NCBI GenBank assembly: GCA_051362555.1
Contig: CM120647.1
Location: 18,018,651 to 18,082,650 of the forward strand
Length of the DNA stretch: 64,000 nucleotides
Direction: 5' to 3'
Origin: Lingula anatina
Taxonomy: Eukaryota; Animalia; Brachiopoda
Shown here: one piece after another, positions 62,001 to 64,000 of the stretch
Layout of the letters: every line of letters starts with the position of its first letter
How positions within the stretch are numbered: the stretch's first letter is position 1
Translations under genes and position numbers: made by a program
The notes under the pieces: model-generated
The model's database searches: none
What the model was told of the DNA's origin: nothing
The model's input: only the letters and a program-made list of their open reading frames with translations

Positions 62001-63735
62001 TAAAATTTCCGTTTAATTATAAGGCACTACAAAACTCAAAATCCATTTCTATGGCAACTTCGTTACCCGCACGTCTGTACCTTTACACTGACACTGGTAG
62101 AATGCTTGTAAATATGTCTGAACTGGACATCAGCGCGCACAGTTTCAGCGGAGAACGAAAGATGCAGCTTTTGGCAAAGGGCAACTGAGTTTGCATATTT
62201 CCGGAAAAAAATGAAAAAGATCACGGCATTATTTACAGGGCAAGATAAAGAATTAAACTGTGGAAATTGTTACGAAAAAAAATAAATTTAATATTTTTTT
62301 CTTATTTAAAATGAAAATAATATAATTTCGGTCTCCTTTCTCTATGTGCGCTGTTGGCTAAGTTTGTACTGTATATGTTGCTATTTAAGTATTATCACGT
62401 GGAATGTACAACTTGCTCTGATTTCTGCTTCAGCGGACTTCGCACCTGTGCGCCTAGTCAGATTATTACAGTGTATATCAATGTTGAGAATAGTGTACTG
62501 AATATTATTATTCCTTTTATGAAAGTTAATGTTATAGATGTATGTGTGTACTTATCAAGAGGTTAGAATTGTACTAGTAGAAATTGGAAGCACGTGAAAA
62601 AGTCCGTTCGAGTATTTATCAGAGTGGCTTGCTTATTCTCCAGTATTTTTGTATGATGTTTTATACTTTGCACGTAAATTTGGTATTTAAAGACGAAATA
62701 ACAATGTATTTTCATTCCAAATTTAAAACATTGTAAAATGTATATATTTTTTTTTTTATTGTTTTTTAAAAGTTAAATAGAAATACTTTTGTCAGAAATA
62801 TTCATCTTCTGAATATACAAAACGAGTCTTTGGCACATTAGTACAAAGAAAAAAATCCCGAAACCTTTCGTTTCGAAAGGGTGACATATATAAGAGTTTG
62901 ATTAGTGTCCTCTTCAGTTCCAGAGATACAGCCACGTGACTACAAGCTCTACAGCAAAAGTCACATTCCGGGGATTCTCAACACTTATTTGGAGAATCGG
63001 ACCAATCTTGACCCACTTTCGTACGTCGCGGCAGCAAGCGTGCTGCCCATGCGCACTAACAACTACGTGGTAGAAGACCTCATTGATTGGTCCAGCGTTC
63101 CCAATGATCCCATTTTCCAGTTGGTGTTCCCACAACCAGGTTAGTCAGTTGACAGTATTTTGCAATACAATTATTATTATTATTATTATATTTTACATGT
63201 ACATTCTCACGTGAAACACGTCTCTTACGAAATTCTATGCATTTAGTACAGAAGCAGTGTTCCTTTAAAACCGCACCAAAACAGCGTCAGTTACCCTCAA
63301 ATCTCGGAGTAATTCCTCGTTTCAGGTATGCTGTCGGAGGAGGGTTTGGCGGACGTGCGCGACCTTCTACGACGTGGAGTGACCCGTACCGTTCTGAGAG
63401 AAACAGTGGAAAAACTAAGGTATGGTTGCAGCTGGCCCACGAACGCTTTCCAGCTTTGTGACGTCATACTAGAATCGGTGACCAAATACAGCACCCTTAA
63501 AAGTTACGCGTTGTTAAACAAGGTACAGAAAAAAAAAGACGTTTTGAAGGTTCTTCATGTACAGCGCAGGCCCTACTGAATTTTTTCTCAACATTGCAGG
63601 GCGGAGCTTAATCCACACCCAGCCAATCAGAAAACTCTAAACGTACCACGAGTCAATGGTCAAGAGCTTCCCGGCATGCAACACAAGTATCGGGAGACGG
63701 TCCTGTTCTTCCCTTCTGAAGGCCAGTTTTGCCAG
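59022..63735 (+). CDS. KamA-family (lysine 2,3-aminomutase-like) radical SAM protein, 5' part (4 coding exons; continues beyond the window)
   Basis: Exons 59022-59250, 62918-63139, 63326-63419 and 63600-63735 join in phase (1, 1, 2). Translation includes SVLPMRTNNYVVEDLIDWSSVPNDPIFQLVFPQPGML and LNPHPANQKTLNVPRVNGQELPGMQHKYRETVLFFPSEGQFCQ. These are the signature N-terminal motifs of the KamA-like subfamily (VLPFRxNxYVxxxLIDW..DPIFQLxFPQ..LNPHPAGQ..GxQHKYxETVLFFP..GQxC) just before CxxxCxxC. The link to the first exon is less certain than exons 2-4. Confidence 0.85.
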
Positions 63736-64000
63736 GTAGGGATATATACAGCGGCTGAGTCAAGATTCGTCCCGTAAATACAGTGCATTTAGTACTAGTC
63801 TATATGAGGTGCTCCTCAATATCGTTTGAAACCATTCTCATGATTGCGAGTGTACACGTTATTTATGTTTAAAGACTTTGTCAAAAAAGTCTAAGACGTA
63901 AACATCGAAGACTGCTAACGACAGTTAATATCCCCATTTTAGTAGATTGTCAGTAAAAAGCATAATTCTTTGTCCTTGCAGAATAATTTATACCTTCTAA

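Noticed and set aside
60540-62340. Possible decayed DNA transposon in intron 1 of the KamA-like gene
   Set aside because: Looks like degraded coding sequence, but I found no TIR pair or diagnostic motif; needs a Dfam/tblastx search.
59022-63735. Bacterial contamination as the source of the KamA-like sequence
   Set aside because: The coding sequence is interrupted by canonical GT-AG introns with host-like composition and microsatellites and is contiguous with metazoan genes.

Overview
AT-rich (roughly one-third GC by eye) intron-containing animal DNA. The repeat landscape and gene content suggest a marine invertebrate, possibly a mollusc (inference). Most listed ORFs are spurious; I rebuilt the real genes by joining exons at GT-AG sites and checking phase. 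From left to right: (1) a complete 6-exon SDF2/SDF2L1-type MIR-domain gene ending in HDEF (- strand); (2) a 3-exon CREBL2 bZIP gene (- strand), head-to-head with (3) a tandem array of four open-frame TMEM205 paralogs (+). These carry an unusual signal-peptide-like N-terminal extension and have a mismatched set of first exons. (4) Two complete 4-exon genes for secreted PAN/apple + jacalin-like lectins, plus two relic PAN exons that sit just after TMEM205 copies. (5) After about 11 kb of non-coding DNA, the first four coding exons of a spliced KamA/lysine-2,3-aminomutase-like radical-SAM gene with a possible mitochondrial presequence; it runs off the right edge. This family is typical of bacteria, archaea and fungi and is the most striking item in the window. 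Between the genes lie a decayed Tc1 element, an Academ-like element with a nested L1/Tx1 fragment, RTE and Rex1-like LINE fragments, and several MITE families, many with visible TSDs or empty sites in a paralog.
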